Assembly: GCF_006345805.1 (NCBI RefSeq)
Contig: NC_042997.1
Coordinates: forward strand, 56,916,001-56,980,000
Length of the DNA: 64,000 bases
Direction: 5' to 3'
DNA from: Octopus sinensis
Lineage: Eukaryota
The notes below the pieces were generated by a model that saw only the letters and a list, made by a program, of their open reading frames with translations, was not told the origin of the DNA and searched no databases. Position numbers and translations under genes: made by a program. Shown one piece after another: positions 12,705 to 26,675 of the stretch (positions within the stretch are counted from its first letter, which is position 1; the number at the start of each line of letters is the position of its first letter).

Positions 12705-13370
12705 ATAAATGGAGTTTAACGCAGGTGTAATTCAAATACTTTTACTTCTGACACATGTTTCGAAGATATCACTGATATTATTCCAAAGGAATAAAATGGT
12801 GTAAAACAATGTAATCTTCTCTTCAGGGAAGTGAAGAAATGAAACTCGTCAATGAGACATTTTAATAGAAAATGATGGATATGTATAGTGATTTACTGAA
12901 TGCTATTAATATTTTTTCAAAAAAACGTTATAGGATATAATGTCAGAAGTAGCCTATAGAAAGAGGAGGGATAAATTAAGGAAAAGTTAAATAAATGAGA
13001 AGTATATGACTATATGTATATTAAATACAACCTTATAAACTAGGAAAATATATATTTTTTTAGTGTATGTTAAATATAAAAAGAAAAATAATGTTTAAAT
13101 TATATATAATATTAGAGATTACTTATATGAACTAAAGGTGTGTTTTTGCACACCTTTAGTTCATATCTGTATGCACGCTCTATAAACTCCTTTTATTTAT
13201 ACATATATTATACAAAAAAATTTACATCGATATGCATGCTCTATAAACTCCTTTTATTTATCTATATATTATACAAAAAATTTCCCGTAAACCCGAAGTT
13301 TCTACCTTTAAAAACAAGGAGTTACAATCTCTTTACTTGTGTGATTTTTTGCTACCCTGGTAACTATTTA
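12705..13370 (-). mobile_element. Penelope-like terminal-repeat relic carrying a hammerhead
   Basis: 12705-12940 is homologous in inverted orientation to 38911-39140. It contains a hammerhead at 12744-12832 and an 18-bp hairpin at 13125-13166, and is flanked by (TA)n. Confidence 0.55.
12744..12832 (-). ncRNA. Type-I hammerhead ribozyme copy with a mismatch at the stem I closing pair
   Basis: ACUUCC-CUGAAGA-GAAGAU..AUCUUC-GAA-ACAUGUGU-C-AGAAGU. Confidence 0.7.
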
Positions 13371-13439
13371 TCTATTCTTTCCGAGATAATTGTTAACAAG
13401 GGAAAAATACACACATCTATTTATATATATATCTGTATG

Positions 13440-13665
13440 TGTGTGTGTGTGTGTGTTTGTATATCTGTGTTTGTCCCCCCAACATTGCTTGACAACCGTT
13501 GGTGGTGTGTTTACATCCCTGTAACTTAGCAGATTGGCAAGAGACTGATAGAATAAGTACTAGGCTTACAAAGAATAAGTCCTGAGGTCAATTTACTCGA
13601 CTAAAGGCGGTGCTCCAGCATGGCCGCAGTTAAATGACTGAAACAAATAAAAGAATAAAAGAATA
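13440..13665 (+). mobile_element. SINE family 1, 3' half
   Basis: tttgtccccccaacattgcttgacaacc..ggcggtgctccagcatggccgcag..actgaaacaaataaaag. Confidence 0.8.
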
Positions 13666-15976
13666 TATGTATATATATTTTGGAGGTGCAACATCAGTGT
13701 ACATGTACAGCAAAGTACAAATGCACTACGAGAAAAATTAGTCATAAGAGGAATTAGATGTAGTATGCAAGAAAAAAGACTGTGCTAGTATGGTCATGTG
13801 ATGTGTGTAGATGAGGACAGCTATATAGAGAAATGTTAGTCACTTAAAGTGGATGGCACTTGTGAAAAGTGGGAAAACCAGGAAGAATGTGGTACCAAGT
13901 TGTGAAGGCTAATCTTAAGATGTTAAACCTCAAAAGACCAAGTAAACTGACAATTTGCTGTAATCAAGAAGGCATATTAATCATAAAGAGAATGAGGTCC
14001 TAAAAGTATAAGGTTTATGATTACACATGCTAGGTCCTGCACCTGTACCCAATTTACCTCCATTAAGCATTTCCCCACATCCCGTCTTCCTCACACCCAT
14101 TCTTCCGTCACTCTTCTAACTATGGTACTAGTCAGCATCAGAATCAGCACATATCTCATCCTTCTTTTTTTGTTACCAGTGACTCCTTCACCTCCTGGAA
14201 CTATTTCCTTCACCATCCATCCCTCATTATCATTATCATCCATAAGCAAAACCATATACACATACACAAAACGCACATACAAAAAACACAAAGACACACA
14301 CACACATACAGATACAGATGAAAATGCATGCGCAGATAAAGATACACACCAAAAAAAGAAAGAATAGACTAAACAGAACAGGAGACACATGGGATAGAGA
14401 GTTGGGGAAGAGGTCACAGGATCTGTGATGAAAGATTTTCAGACAAAGGACAGTAAAATAAGAGCAATAATAAATTTGAAGTGATGAACAAATATATAGT
14501 GTGTATGTTTATTTGGCAAAAAAGTAAAAAAAAGAAATGACCATCCCAAAATACAACAATATCTGTTTCAACACATGATTTCATATCAGGAATCTTACAA
14601 AACAAATACATAAACGTAACATCCTCAGACTATTTTACCCCAATTGCCTCCTTTCTGTGCCTTCGGTTATCTCTCTCTCTCCTCTGAGCTACATCTTAGG
14701 TTTGCCATACCTTCTTTATTACTTCTCATATCTGAAATCATTCTCAACATTCAAACCAACTTTACCTTTGATCTCTATCTCTATCACTTACATCTTCTAC
14801 CACTTCCACACCTTGTACATCTTCTCCCTACTCTCCGATGTATCAACAGGTTTATGATACAGTAGGTTTCTTCACCTTCCTGTGCTGTCACTTGTCACCT
14901 CCTCCTTTTTGAGCCACTTCTATCCATAACTTAGGTAGTGGGTAGCGATTTTCTTCACTACTTCAGGGAGTGGACGACCCTGCATGACATGTGTCCCAGG
15001 CTCAGCTGGCTCTGGCTGACAGTACCCAGTATGGGCCCCTATCCAGGGTTACAGAAATGAGACAACCTTCAAAGAAATCCGGAATGGAGCCCCATAGGCA
15101 GTTTAGTGTTTGACTCAGCACTCTTCTGGCAGCTCCTGCAACCAAGCTGGTACCAAACGTAATGCTCTGCACTCCTTTGGACTACATCAGCAAGGTCGAA
15201 AGACGAATCCTGACGATTGGGTTACCCAGGATTTTCTTACATCTAGCCCAGGCCTGCGCAAAACTGGAGAGGACATGAAATGTAAAAACCAAACTGGATT
15301 AGTTTATGCACAACTCCATTGTCTCCCGAGACAAAAGGATGCCAACAACTATCCATAACACCTTCCCCACATCCAATACTGATGTTTATCCTTAACCACA
15401 CCTCCACCTTTGTTCATTACTCAATACATTCACCTATATACCCCATCTTATACTACCTGTCATTCTCCTCTCATAGTCTTATGAAATTACCACTTCTCCT
15501 TCCCATCCATATCCTCACTTATGATTATCTTCTTATACCTTGAGAAGTTGCTCAGGCACCTCATCATCACCCTTATCTTCTTTCCTGCTATTTACACTCA
15601 CCCTCATATAATGTGGGATAGCTGTGCTTTTCCTCTATAGCAAGACACCTCTGCTCAACTCCCTATCAACTTTAACCTTTCAACATCTGGCATAACACCA
15701 TCTCTCCCTCTTAAATACATTCTTACTCAGTCCAGGGAGCTTTTACCTTTATTTTTCTTACATGTTACTTGGTGAACTCACTAATATTGGTATCACAAGA
15801 AAAAAAAACAAAAACAAAAACACAACCAGTGCACACTGTAAAGTGATTAGCATAAGGAAGTGCATCGAACCTTAGAAATCATGCAAAGACACTTTGGAAC
15901 TCTTGTGTTGAGATGCTGTCAAACCATTTAACCTATCCAATGATGGAAAACAGATGTTAAAATGATGATGATGACG

Positions 15977-16024
<48 letters not shown>

Positions 16025-16025
<1 letters not shown>

Positions 16026-16405
16026 CTCTTTAATCTTTTACTTGTTTCAGTCATTTGACTGTGGCTATGCTGGAGGACCACCTTTATCTGAGCAAATCGA
16101 CCGCAAGACTTATTCTTTGTAAGCCTAATACTTATTCTATCGGTCTCTTTTGCTGAACCACTAAGTTACAGATATAAACACACCAGCATTGGTTATCAAA
16201 CAATGTTGGGGGGACAAACACAGGCACACACATATACACACATGACAGGCATCTTTCAGTTTCCATCTACCAAATCCACTCACAAGGCTTTGGTCAGCCT
16301 GAGGCTATAGTAAAAAGACACTTGCCCAAGGTGCCATGCAGTGGGACTAAACCCAGAACCATGTGGTTGGTAAGCAAGCTACTTACCACAGCCACTCCTG
16401 TGTCT
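16025..16405 (-). mobile_element. SINE family 1
   Basis: Same consensus as 8011-8420. Confidence 0.8.
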
Positions 16406-16744
16406 ATAAATTTTTAGTGTAATATATGGATTCATAGAATTGTGTTGCTGTCACAGAAAGTTCATAGCAGACCTCATAGTAAACCAATATGGAGGAGTAT
16501 AAGGCAAAGTACTATGCAGCTGAAATCCAAGAGATCCAATCAATGAGATTATTTCACAAGGACTATATAAACCATAGAAAGTCAGGAGGTTTGAGAGGAG
16601 AACATATTTAGTTAAGAACTTGTCATCCTTAGGATTAGGACTGTGAAATAGCCATAATCTCAAGGATGACAAATGGTTGAATAAATATGTTTACCTCTCA
16701 TACCTCCTGACTTTTTATGGCTTAAACACACACACACACACGTA

Positions 16745-17075
16745 TATATTAACTGGCACTCTGTTGGTTACGATAATAAGTGTTCTAGTTGATCTGATCA
16801 ACGGAACAGTTTCTTGTGAAATTAACATGCAGGTGGCTGAGCACTCCACAGACACACATATCCTCGACACAGTTCTCCAAGAGATTCAGCATGACACAGA
16901 ATGTGACAAGACTGGCCCTTTGAAATACAGGTACTACTCGTTTTTGGCAGGTGAGTGGACTGGAGCAACATGAAATATAGTGTTTTGCTCAAGGATACAA
17001 TCCATGGCCAGGAATTGAACTTACGACCTTATGTATATCATGAGCCAAATATCCTAACTATTAAGTCATGCACCT
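16745..17075 (-). mobile_element. SINE-like repeat (third family)
   Basis: tRNA-like head on the minus strand (atagttaggatatttggctcatga..aagttcaattcctggcc) and a (TG)n tail. Confidence 0.55.
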
Positions 17076-18117
17076 TCACTATATATATATATATCAATCA
17101 TTGTCGTCGTCATCGTCATCATTGTCGTTTAACATCACATATACAGATACTAGGATTGCCACAATAATATAATTTGAAAAGATTTCTCATGCTCATATCG
17201 AAAAGTTTTTTCTGTTTACACTGGGCAAGCAAGGCAGCAAAGTTTTTGGTCCCACTGTAAGCACATTTTATGTTATTTTTCTTGAAGATGTTATGATGAC
17301 AATGATCTAAGGGAAAATAGTTTATTTAACAGAAAGACCTCGTGATATTAGATTGAATAGTTAGTTAGGCTTGAGAGAGGATTGTAGTATATAATTAATG
17401 TTTTCTATTTTGCATTTTTTAATGTTAGGTTCTGTATGCAACATATTCTATCTTTGAAGCCCCTATCTTTAAATGTTTCGTTGTAATAATAAGCACAATC
17501 AAGGGATTCCTTATCTGAGAGTATTCTGAATATTTATATACCAATGTACAAACTAATTTTGTTGGGGTTACTATCTTAATCATCACTAAAACTTCATCCA
17601 CAAAAGTCACTTTCTTTAGTTGGAGAAGATGTATTGAAGATCAAAATTTTAACACAAATTCTTATAGTACTACAAGTTACTTCCCTTGAAATAAATGCTT
17701 ATAGATAAAACAGATTAGAGCAGCCGTAAATTCTTGCATTATAATTAAGCATCTAATGTATCTTTTTCAGTTGTACCAAATTCCATTCTGTCAAACAACA
17801 GTTAGTAATGGTAGGAGATAACGTAGGAGGAGATAGTATCAGAAAGACAGTGAAAGAGGGAGAGGTGAGCATGTGTGAGACTAGGAGTTGTAACTACAAT
17901 ATCAACCAAAAGAGCAGATGACATATTTTTGGTATATTGCTTGTGTAAAATATTTCAGGCATAGCTGTGTGGTAAGAAGCTCGGTTCTCAACCACATGGT
18001 TCTGGGTTCAGTCCCACTGCATAGTACTTTGGGTAAGTGTCTTCTACTTAGGGTAAGTGTCTTCTACTCAGGCCAACCAAAGCCTTGAGAGTGGATTTGG
18101 TAGATGATATATATATA

Positions 18118-20440
18118 TATCATCATCATCATCATCATCATCATTGTTAAACGTCCGTTTTCCATGTTGGCATGAGTTGGATGGTTTGACTGGAGACTGG
18201 CAAGCCAGGAGGTCACACCAGGCTCCAATCTGATCTGGCAAATTTTCTACAGCTGGGTGCCCTTCCTAATGCCAACCACTCCAAGAGTGTAGTGGGTGCT
18301 TTTTACGTGACCCTGGCATGGGAGCCAGTCAGGTGGCATGGGAGCCAGTCAGGTGGCATGGGAGCCAGTCAGGTGACATGGGAGCCAGTCAGGTGGCATG
18401 GGAGCCAGTCTGGTGGCACTGGCATCGGCCACAACTACAATTTCCATTTGATTATGATTTGATCTTTGATTTTGATTTTGATTTTAATTTTACTTGACTC
18501 AATAGGTCTCCTCAAGCACAGTGTGTCACCAGACGACTCTAAGGTATTTTTTAAATGGGCTGGTTATGCGACACTGGTGTAGGCTATGGCTATAATCTCA
18601 CTTTACTTGCCAGGTCTTCTCAATCACAGCATATCTCTAGAGATCTCGGTCTTTCGTCATTGCCTCTGTAAGGCCCAACATTCGAATGTCATGCTCCATC
18701 ACCTCATCCCATGTATTCCTGGGTCTCCCTCTCTATGGGTTCCTTCCACTATTAGGGAGTGACAATTCTTCACACAGCTCTCCTCATCCATATGCAGCAC
18801 ATGACCATACCAGCACAGTCGTCTCTCTTGCACACCACATCTGATGCTTCTTATGTCCAACATTTCTCTCAGTGTGCTTACACTCTGTTGTGTGTGCACA
18901 CTGACATTACACATCCAGTGGATCACACTAGCATCATTTCCTTCAAGTCTATGCATGTCTTCAGCAATCACGGCCCGTGTTCCACTGCTGTGTAGCATGG
19001 CAGTTTACACATATGCATCATATAATCCACCTTTCGCTCTGAATGAGAGGCCCTTTGTCACCAGTAGAGGTAGGAGCTTTCTGAACTTTGCCCAGGCTAT
19101 AGTTATTCTAGTGGCAACGCTCTCCGAGCATCCCCCACCATTACAGACTTGGTCATCTAGGTAGCTGAAACTATCAACTACTTCTAGTTTCTCCCCCTGG
19201 CATGTGATGGAATCAGTTTTCTAAGCATGTGCAGTGTATATTGCCCCTGTGCAGCTGCCACACACAAAAGCTATCTTCCCAGTTAACCTTCTTTTGATGT
19301 TGCTGCACCTCTTATGCATCCATGGCTTACATTAAGTACATCTTATAGAGTTTCTACCTACACCTTCTCTACAGATCAAGCAGGGCCATCTACCTGAAGG
19401 GGTTTATGATACGTTCGCCTTCCTACTTACTAGGACTTTGGTTTTTGCAACATTGACTCTAAGGCCCTTTGATTCTAAACTTTACTTCCACACCTAAAAT
19501 TTCTTCTCTAGTTCTGGTAGTGATTCTGCTATGAGAGCCAGGTCATCAGCATAGAGGAGCTCCCAATAGCAACCTGTCTTGAATTCCTCTGTTATTGTCT
19601 GGAGGACTATGACGAATAAGGGGGTGCTGAGGGCTGATCTTTGATGAACCCCTACTTCTGCCTGGAATTCTTCACTATACTCATTGTTGGCCCTTACCTT
19701 ACTAACAGCATCCCTGTACAGGTCTTATTAACCATTCGTCAATCCCCACAGATTGGTGGGGGGCCTTGTCAAAAGCTTTCTCCAAATCAACAAAAGCCAA
19801 GTATAGGGGATTATCTTTGGCTAGGTATTTCTCCTGCAGTTGCTGTAACAAGGAATATAGCATCAGTGGTGCTTCTACCCGGCACAAAACTGAACTGCAT
19901 ATCATCTAAGCAAGCTCTCTCTCTAATGAGAAAGGCTATGTCCCTCTCTGTGACCTTCATCACCTGATCCAGCAGTTTGATACCCCTGTAGTTATTTCTA
20001 TCTAGAGCATCACCTTTACCCTTGTATCAGTTGACTATGGTGCTGCTACACCAGTCATTGGGTATGACTCCATCATGAACTACCTGCTTTACAATACGGG
20101 TGACTGGACCATAGCTCACACCACCAGATGTTTTAAGCATCTCAGCAGTGATTCCTGATGGGCGGGTGGCTTTTCCTAGTTTCATACCCTTAATCACTTT
20201 TTCTACCAGGGTGCTGTCTATTCGGATAGCTGGTTCCTCTACTGGGTCAACATTTGGCAGGCTCTCCTCCCCACATTCATAATGTCTTTCATAATGGCTT
20301 CTCCAAGCCTCTTTCTTTTCAGAATCATTAAAAGCAAGTGCACCATCATCCATGCGGACACATTTCTCTCCTGTGACATCACAATTTTCTCTCACACACA
20401 GTCTTGCAATCTGAAATACTTCAGTTCTTTGGCCCTCATG
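18118..20440 (-). mobile_element. 5'-truncated degenerate RTE LINE with (GAT)n tail
   Basis: ORF pieces 20027-20395, 19702-19905 and 18699-18998 match the RTE proteins. The 3'UTR lies at 18146-18640 and the (CAT)n tail at 18118-18145. Confidence 0.9.
18314..18418. repeat. 20-bp minisatellite x5 within the RTE 3'UTR
   Basis: (tggcatgggagccagtcagg)5. Confidence 0.95.
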
Positions 20441-20644
20441 AAAATTACTTGAAACAGTTTTTAAAAAATATTTTTTGTTTAATTATTTAAAAAAAAAAAA
20501 GATTTAAATTCTTTATCAAAACATCCCTAACCCTTTTTGGTAGATGTTTCTTTCTAGTGTGTGTGAGTACTTTTGATTATCTTTTCAGACACACTTGCTA
20601 TTTGGATAATATATACATGGTCATGATCCATATGTTCTTGGATA

Positions 20645-20683
<39 letters not shown>

Positions 20684-21478
20684 CATACACATATATATGT
20701 ATATATCTATGTGTGTGTGTCTTTGTGTCTATGTTTGTCCCCTTATCACTGCTTGACAACCAGTGTTGGTGTGTTGCCATCCCCATAACTTAGCAGTTTG
20801 GCAAAAGAGACTGGTAGAATAAGTACTAGGCTTTAAAAAATAAATCCTGTGATTGATTTATTCAACTAAAACCCTTCGAATTGGTGCTCCAGCATGGCAG
20901 CAGTTTGATTGAAAACTGCTAAGCCAGGGGGCTGCACCAGGTTCCAATTTGATTTGGCAAAGTTTCTATGGTTTGATGCCCTTCCTAATGCCAACCACTG
21001 AGAGTGTCATGGGTGATTTTTACATGCCACTGGTGCAGGTGCCATTCACTTGACACCAGCATCAGCTACGACTACGGTCTCACTTGGCTTGACAGGTCTA
21101 CACAAGCTCAGTATATTACCAACAGTCTTGGTCTCCTGTCACTGCCTCCATGAGGCCCAATGCTCAAACGGTGCTTTAAATGTGTCACCAGCATGGGTAA
21201 CAGTCAGATGGCACTGGCATTGGCCACATCTACGATTTCACTGAGCTCAACAGGTCTTCACAAGCACAGCATATCACCCAACGATTGAAGGGTGCTTTTA
21301 ATGGGCCAGTTATAAAACACTGCACAAAATAAATCACAAAAATTAGCTGGGTAAGCATTTTATAGTGTTAAAAATTAAAATTCTAAATAACTTTTATACC
21401 TTACCGTAGACAAGTGTATTCTGTTTTCAGTACTTCCACTATATTCTGCATGAAATGAAGGCATGTGTAAAGTTTTCC

Positions 21479-22402
21479 AAATATTTGTTTCATGAAACAA
21501 CAAAATGGAAGAAAGTAAATAAGCAAAGTAACAATTTAAGTATTTATATAGTGAAAATATAGTTCAACTGAAAATTTTGCTTTTGTAAAATTGTTTCCCC
21601 TTGCACCATAATCAGAGTATTAGTTAAACAGAATTATTTTTATGTGAGGGTGCATGGCTTTGTGGTTAGGGTGTTGCACTCATGATTGCATGATTGCGGT
21701 TTGAATTACTGGCCATGTGGTATGTTGTGATCAAAACACTACATCTCACATTGCTCCGCAATCAACTTGACATCTGATGTGTGGCACACAGCACACCTGA
21801 TCAGGCAAAACTAATTTGATAAAGGTAATGAGCTAATGTACAACACAAACATTTGATCACCAAATTCCACGGAGGTCGACTTGGCCTTTCATCCTTTCGG
21901 GGGTCGATTAAATAAGTATCAGTTATGCACTGGGGTCGATATAATCAACTTAATCCATTTGTCTGTCCATGTTTGTCCCCTCTGTGTGTAGCCCCTTGTG
22001 GGCAGTAAAGAAATAAGAATAAACAAATTATTTGTGCAAGTTATTCAGCAAGAAATTGCAAACCTGTCTTTTTATGGACTATGAGAGATTACCATCATAA
22101 GAGACTACTGGCTGATTGCTGAGCAACGTGAGATGTAGTGTTTTGATCAAGATCACAAAATACCACATGGCCAGTAATTCAAACCACAATCTTGCAATCA
22201 TGAGTGCAACACCCTAACCACAATTCCATGCACCCTGACATAAAAATAATTCTGTTTAACTAATACCCTGACAATGGAGTGGGGAGAAAATTTTACAAAA
22301 GTTAAATTTTCAGTTGAACTATATTTTCACTATATAAATACTCAAATTGTTGCTTTGCTTGTTTACTTTCTTCTATTTTGTTGATTCACGAAACAAATAT
22401 TT
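21479..22402. repeat. Inverted duplication: arms 21479-21763 and 22114-22402
   Basis: The arms are reverse complements over ~285 bp, including unique flank and a SINE head. Confidence 0.9.
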
Positions 22403-23529
22403 CATTGTGCTTGTACAAAAAATTTGAAATAAATTCTAATTTTCAAAAAATAAATTTTTAATAAATTCTAATAAGATTCAGTAAAACTAAGCAAAATTAT
22501 CATATGTATGTTTGCAATATATTTGTTCGAGCCATATCAGCAAGGAAAGCAGACATTAAATGATGATGATGTTATCAATAAATTTAAATAGTTTGTTTAT
22601 GGTGATCAAATGTTTGCGCTGTACATTAGCTCACTCCCTTTATCAAATTAGTGTTGCCTGAACAAGTTATGTAAATATTACATAACATCAAAACCACCCC
22701 TTCGATCCACCAATACTCCATTCATAATCTACCCATTCTAATTAAGTTAGATGTTCTTAAAAGCTGGGTCAAGGGTATCTTAGATATACTGTGTTTTTCC
22801 CTCTCTCCCTTTACCATCACTTTCTGTTCTCCTTATTTTCTCTCCTGCTCCTACTACTCCTACTCTCGCACCTTCTTCTCTTCCTTCTTCTTGCTGTTTT
22901 TTTTTTTTGCTTCTGTTTTGATGTTTTTATTTGGCCAAATGTAGCGTATTTAATTTATGCCATTTTTTCATTAATCTTTATTCTATCAAACCTAGTCACA
23001 TGCTCTCTGGAGCTATGAACTAGTGGTGATAGGACAAATGCTGTGGTACAACAGCTGTGGTAGCAGAACAAATAAAGTAGTAGGCCAAGTATGGTGGTGA
23101 GACAAGTTTGGCTATAGGTCCAATAAGTCACAGACCAAATTCCTCAGTCTTTACAAATGCAATTATATTCACTATTTATCCCTTCACTACAAACACACAC
23201 TGAACTTTGTCCTTTGCACTCATAGGCAACACACACACAAAAAAAGAAAAAGTGAATCTGTTAATCTTTTTTTTTTAATACAAAATTTAATCCCATTTCA
23301 TGTGTTTACCCCTCCCTCTGCAGCCTGACTTAGTCATCATCTACTCTGAAAACAATTTAAATGCTTTAGTTGAACAAGTTCTTTTCTTTGAGATGAAAGG
23401 TCAATCTCAAAACAAATTCAATCTTCTCTCTTTGGCATATAACCTTAATCAGACTCATGAACATTCACTATTTTCCCTTGTTTTCTCACCACTCATTACT
23501 GTTTCTTTCCCCATCTATCACACATTCCT

Positions 23530-24210
23530 CTTTTTGCATGAAGTATACCATAATTTCAATTCTCCTCCTACTCCTACTCAACATACACACACACACGCAC
23601 GCACACGCACGCATGCACACACACACACTCATACACACATGATGCAAAGGAAGATAAAAAAATAAAATCTAAGGAGACTAGTAGAGGTCTACATCTGCAA
23701 AAACTATATTCGTTTTGCAACTGAAAACAAAGAAAAGCCTTCTATCAGACATCCAAAGAATGTCACAGTCTGAAAAACCATAAACTCTTCCCCAACCCTC
23801 TGCAATGGCACAGGAATTTAAGAAATTTTTACACTTTACCAACATATATATATATATACACATACATACATATATATATATCATCATCATCATCGTCATT
23901 GTTTAACATCCGTTTTCCATGCTAGCATGGGCTGGACAGTTCAAGCAGGGTCTGGGAAGAGTTTATGGTATTTCAGACTGTGACATTCTTTGGGTGTCTG
24001 ATAGAAGGCTTTTCTTTGTTTTCAGTTACAAAACGAATATAGTTTTTGTAGATGTAGACCTCTACTAGTCTCCTTAGATTTTATTTTTTTATCTTCCTTT
24101 GCATCATGTGTGTATGAGTGTGTGTGTGCATGCATGCGTGCATGTGTGTGTGTATGTGTTGAGTAGGAGTAGGAGGAGAATTGAAGTTATGGTATACTTC
24201 ATGCAAAAAG
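23530..24210. repeat. Inverted duplication: arms 23530-23792 and 23953-24210
   Basis: Reverse-complement match over ~260 bp including a (CA)n tract. Confidence 0.9.
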
Positions 24211-24264
24211 TTGTTTGTTTTTTTTTTGACATACATTCACTGCCTTTATTCGAATTAATTTTGA

Positions 24265-25870
24265 AAAATCTTGCTTCTCACAATATAGAAACATTTCTCA
24301 TGGCTTCAGCAGACAAAATGGAAAAAGTATTACCTTGAAGGATGGCAAGGGAGATGTTCTGGAACAGCCACTCTGACTCACAGATCTTGCACCTGCAGAC
24401 AGCCATCTCCACCCTGATAGCGGTGAGCAGAGATATGGTCTGGAGGCCAAGAATGCTGGAGGTCTCCACTGCTACAGGCTCAACCATAAACCAGTAAGAG
24501 AGCAACTGATACCTTGACTGTTTGCTTTTCTCAGCCTAATGAGCAGTGGATCCTGGACTGGTAGCTGATAACACAAAGTTGCCATTGGAGAAAGTGTCAC
24601 AGCATGTGGTTTCTATGATGAGGGGCCTGCTGCCATGAAACAGGAAAATTATCATACTGTCAAGCCTTTTACCATCTCCTCACTCTAGCCCTGTTGGCTT
24701 GAGTTGTGAAGGGAAACCTGTGGTGTCTAGGCCAGGCTTTATGATCTTGTTAAGGTCGGCATGGCATAGTAGGCAGCCAGGACTATGACAGTGGGTGCAG
24801 ACCAAAAGAATCCATAGTAAATCTGAAGTGACATTCATGAGGCTCACAGATCTGAAGACCAAGCTTCAGAGAAATGCTAATGCACAGCCAGTAGCTATCA
24901 TGCTAAGCACCAGTTGTGAGTGATGGCATCACATTGAGCCAAGTTCTGTTACAAGGTTCAGAGGCTGAGCAGAAACATGGCAGACAGTGCTGGTCAAGTC
25001 AGTGCGCTAACACATCTGTGGTCATGCTACACTGGATGGCATCCCATTTCTTTTGAGAGGACTGGACGTCCACAGAGGGGACTGAAGAATGGACATCAGT
25101 CGGAAGCAGGCTAAGCTGGCTTCATGATGCATAAGCCACCTCGCATTCCCTAATTGCAGATGGTTCAGTTGTGCTATGAAGAACCCTGTTAAGAACATGG
25201 CAAGAGGTCACTGACAAGAAGAAAGCTGGCAGAGCCAGTGAGACCAAGGATCAAAGGCCAAGGCTGCCATATTTGAGGAGAAAAGTGGCTTGTTGCCATC
25301 CAATGTCATTGAACTAAATATTACATCTCTCTTTGGCAGCCCATTGGAAACAGGCATCAAAATCCATGAGGAGAGATATGTGAATGTTGCAAGAGGCTCT
25401 GTGGAGGGTATATAGCAACTTTGGCATTACAAAGCTGTTCCTTAACAGGAACAGTGTTGGATGGGCATTGATCACCTTCAGTCTGACTATCAATCTTTCA
25501 AGCTGGAGGATTGGTAAACCAAGGATGAGGACATCCTCTTTTGTGGTTGCCTATACCTGGTGCAGTAGTGAAGATACATCCAAGATGGTGACCACAAAGC
25601 CCTCTGTGTTGTAGTTGATGTTCATGACCTCTCACTTAAACAAGTTTATCTTGAGGCCAATCCCAGCTAAAGCAGGAACCACTTATTGGAGATCATGGCA
25701 GACACTCTCTACTGGCCCACCTATCATCACATCATTCTAGGCACCAGAGATTGAAAGGAGCCATGATGCTCAGAGCAATGCTGTCCACTCCAAGAGCAAA
25801 CAGGAGGAGGCCCAATGGATCACCTTGCAATCATTACCACAAGTAACAACATCCTCAGCAATTATAGAGT
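24265..25870 (-). mobile_element. Decayed CRE-clade non-LTR retrotransposon (RT C-terminus + restriction-like endonuclease)
   Basis: The minus strand reads ..LFLLRNSFVMPKLLYTL.., CHADLNKIIKPGL, GDGKRLD, EPVAVET and WLFQNISLAILQGN, the RLE-region motifs of CRE-like elements (RH..LN, DGKRPD, P.AVET, QR.S.A..RGN). Many stops. Confidence 0.8.
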
Positions 25871-26444
25871 TTGCATGGCTTAAGTGATAACCTGTTTTAT
25901 GTTATGATATCTACTTCTTAATAAATTATACCATGTGTGACTAGGACACAAAATATAGTACAGCACTAGTAAGAGGGTTTTAGTTATCAAACGTTTTGCT
26001 GGTTGATTGGTTGGTTTTATGTCAAACCAAACAACTGTAGCTTTGAATATCATGTGAGAAAGAAAAGTTAACAAGACATTCACCTCTATTCTAACAATGA
26101 AATAATTGTAAATGAAAAAAGGACTTTATTCACTAGTAGTTATTGGTATCAGTACACTAACATTTATCATACAAGTGGTGTCTGTATAGTGATACAACTA
26201 GTGAAGCAGAAATGTCAATCCATTCTATTCAGTTTGAATTGGTAACAAATGTTTATGATCTCTTTTATTACTTTTGTATTTATTTGTGTTAATAATCCTA
26301 GATTTTGTTCCCCTGGAAATATAATAGAAATATGTTATAGAAATAAGTTATAGATACACACTCACACTCACCCTATTCTATGTAGTCATTTAACTTGCTC
26401 TGTGTAGCAGTCAAATATAATTCCTTAAAAAAACTACTTAGTGT

Positions 26445-26675
26445 CTTTGACCTTTTAGCATTCAGATTACTCTCTCAAATGTTATGCTTTCTTAATCACA
26501 TTGTTCTGAATTAATCATGCATTATCTCGTAGCTTTGAGATTCTTACAATGTAATTGTTTATTTTATAAAATGACATTATAGAGTAGGTGTGAGAGACCA
26601 GATCTGGCTGGTTTGAACATGGGACTGGTAGAACATTTGGGCTGGACATGGCTGGTATAGATTTTAAAGGATTAA
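26445..26675. mobile_element. Probable MITE with piggyBac-like CC(C)TT..AAGGG-TTAA ends, degenerate
   Basis: Starts gaccttttagcattcagattactc and ends ttttaaagggattaa. Confidence 0.4.

Noticed and set aside
17200-17620. Protein-looking minus-strand peptides (DHCHHNIFKKNN.., DKESLDCAYYYNETF..)
   Set aside because: Splice sites are weak or in-frame stops are adjacent; no family is recognised.
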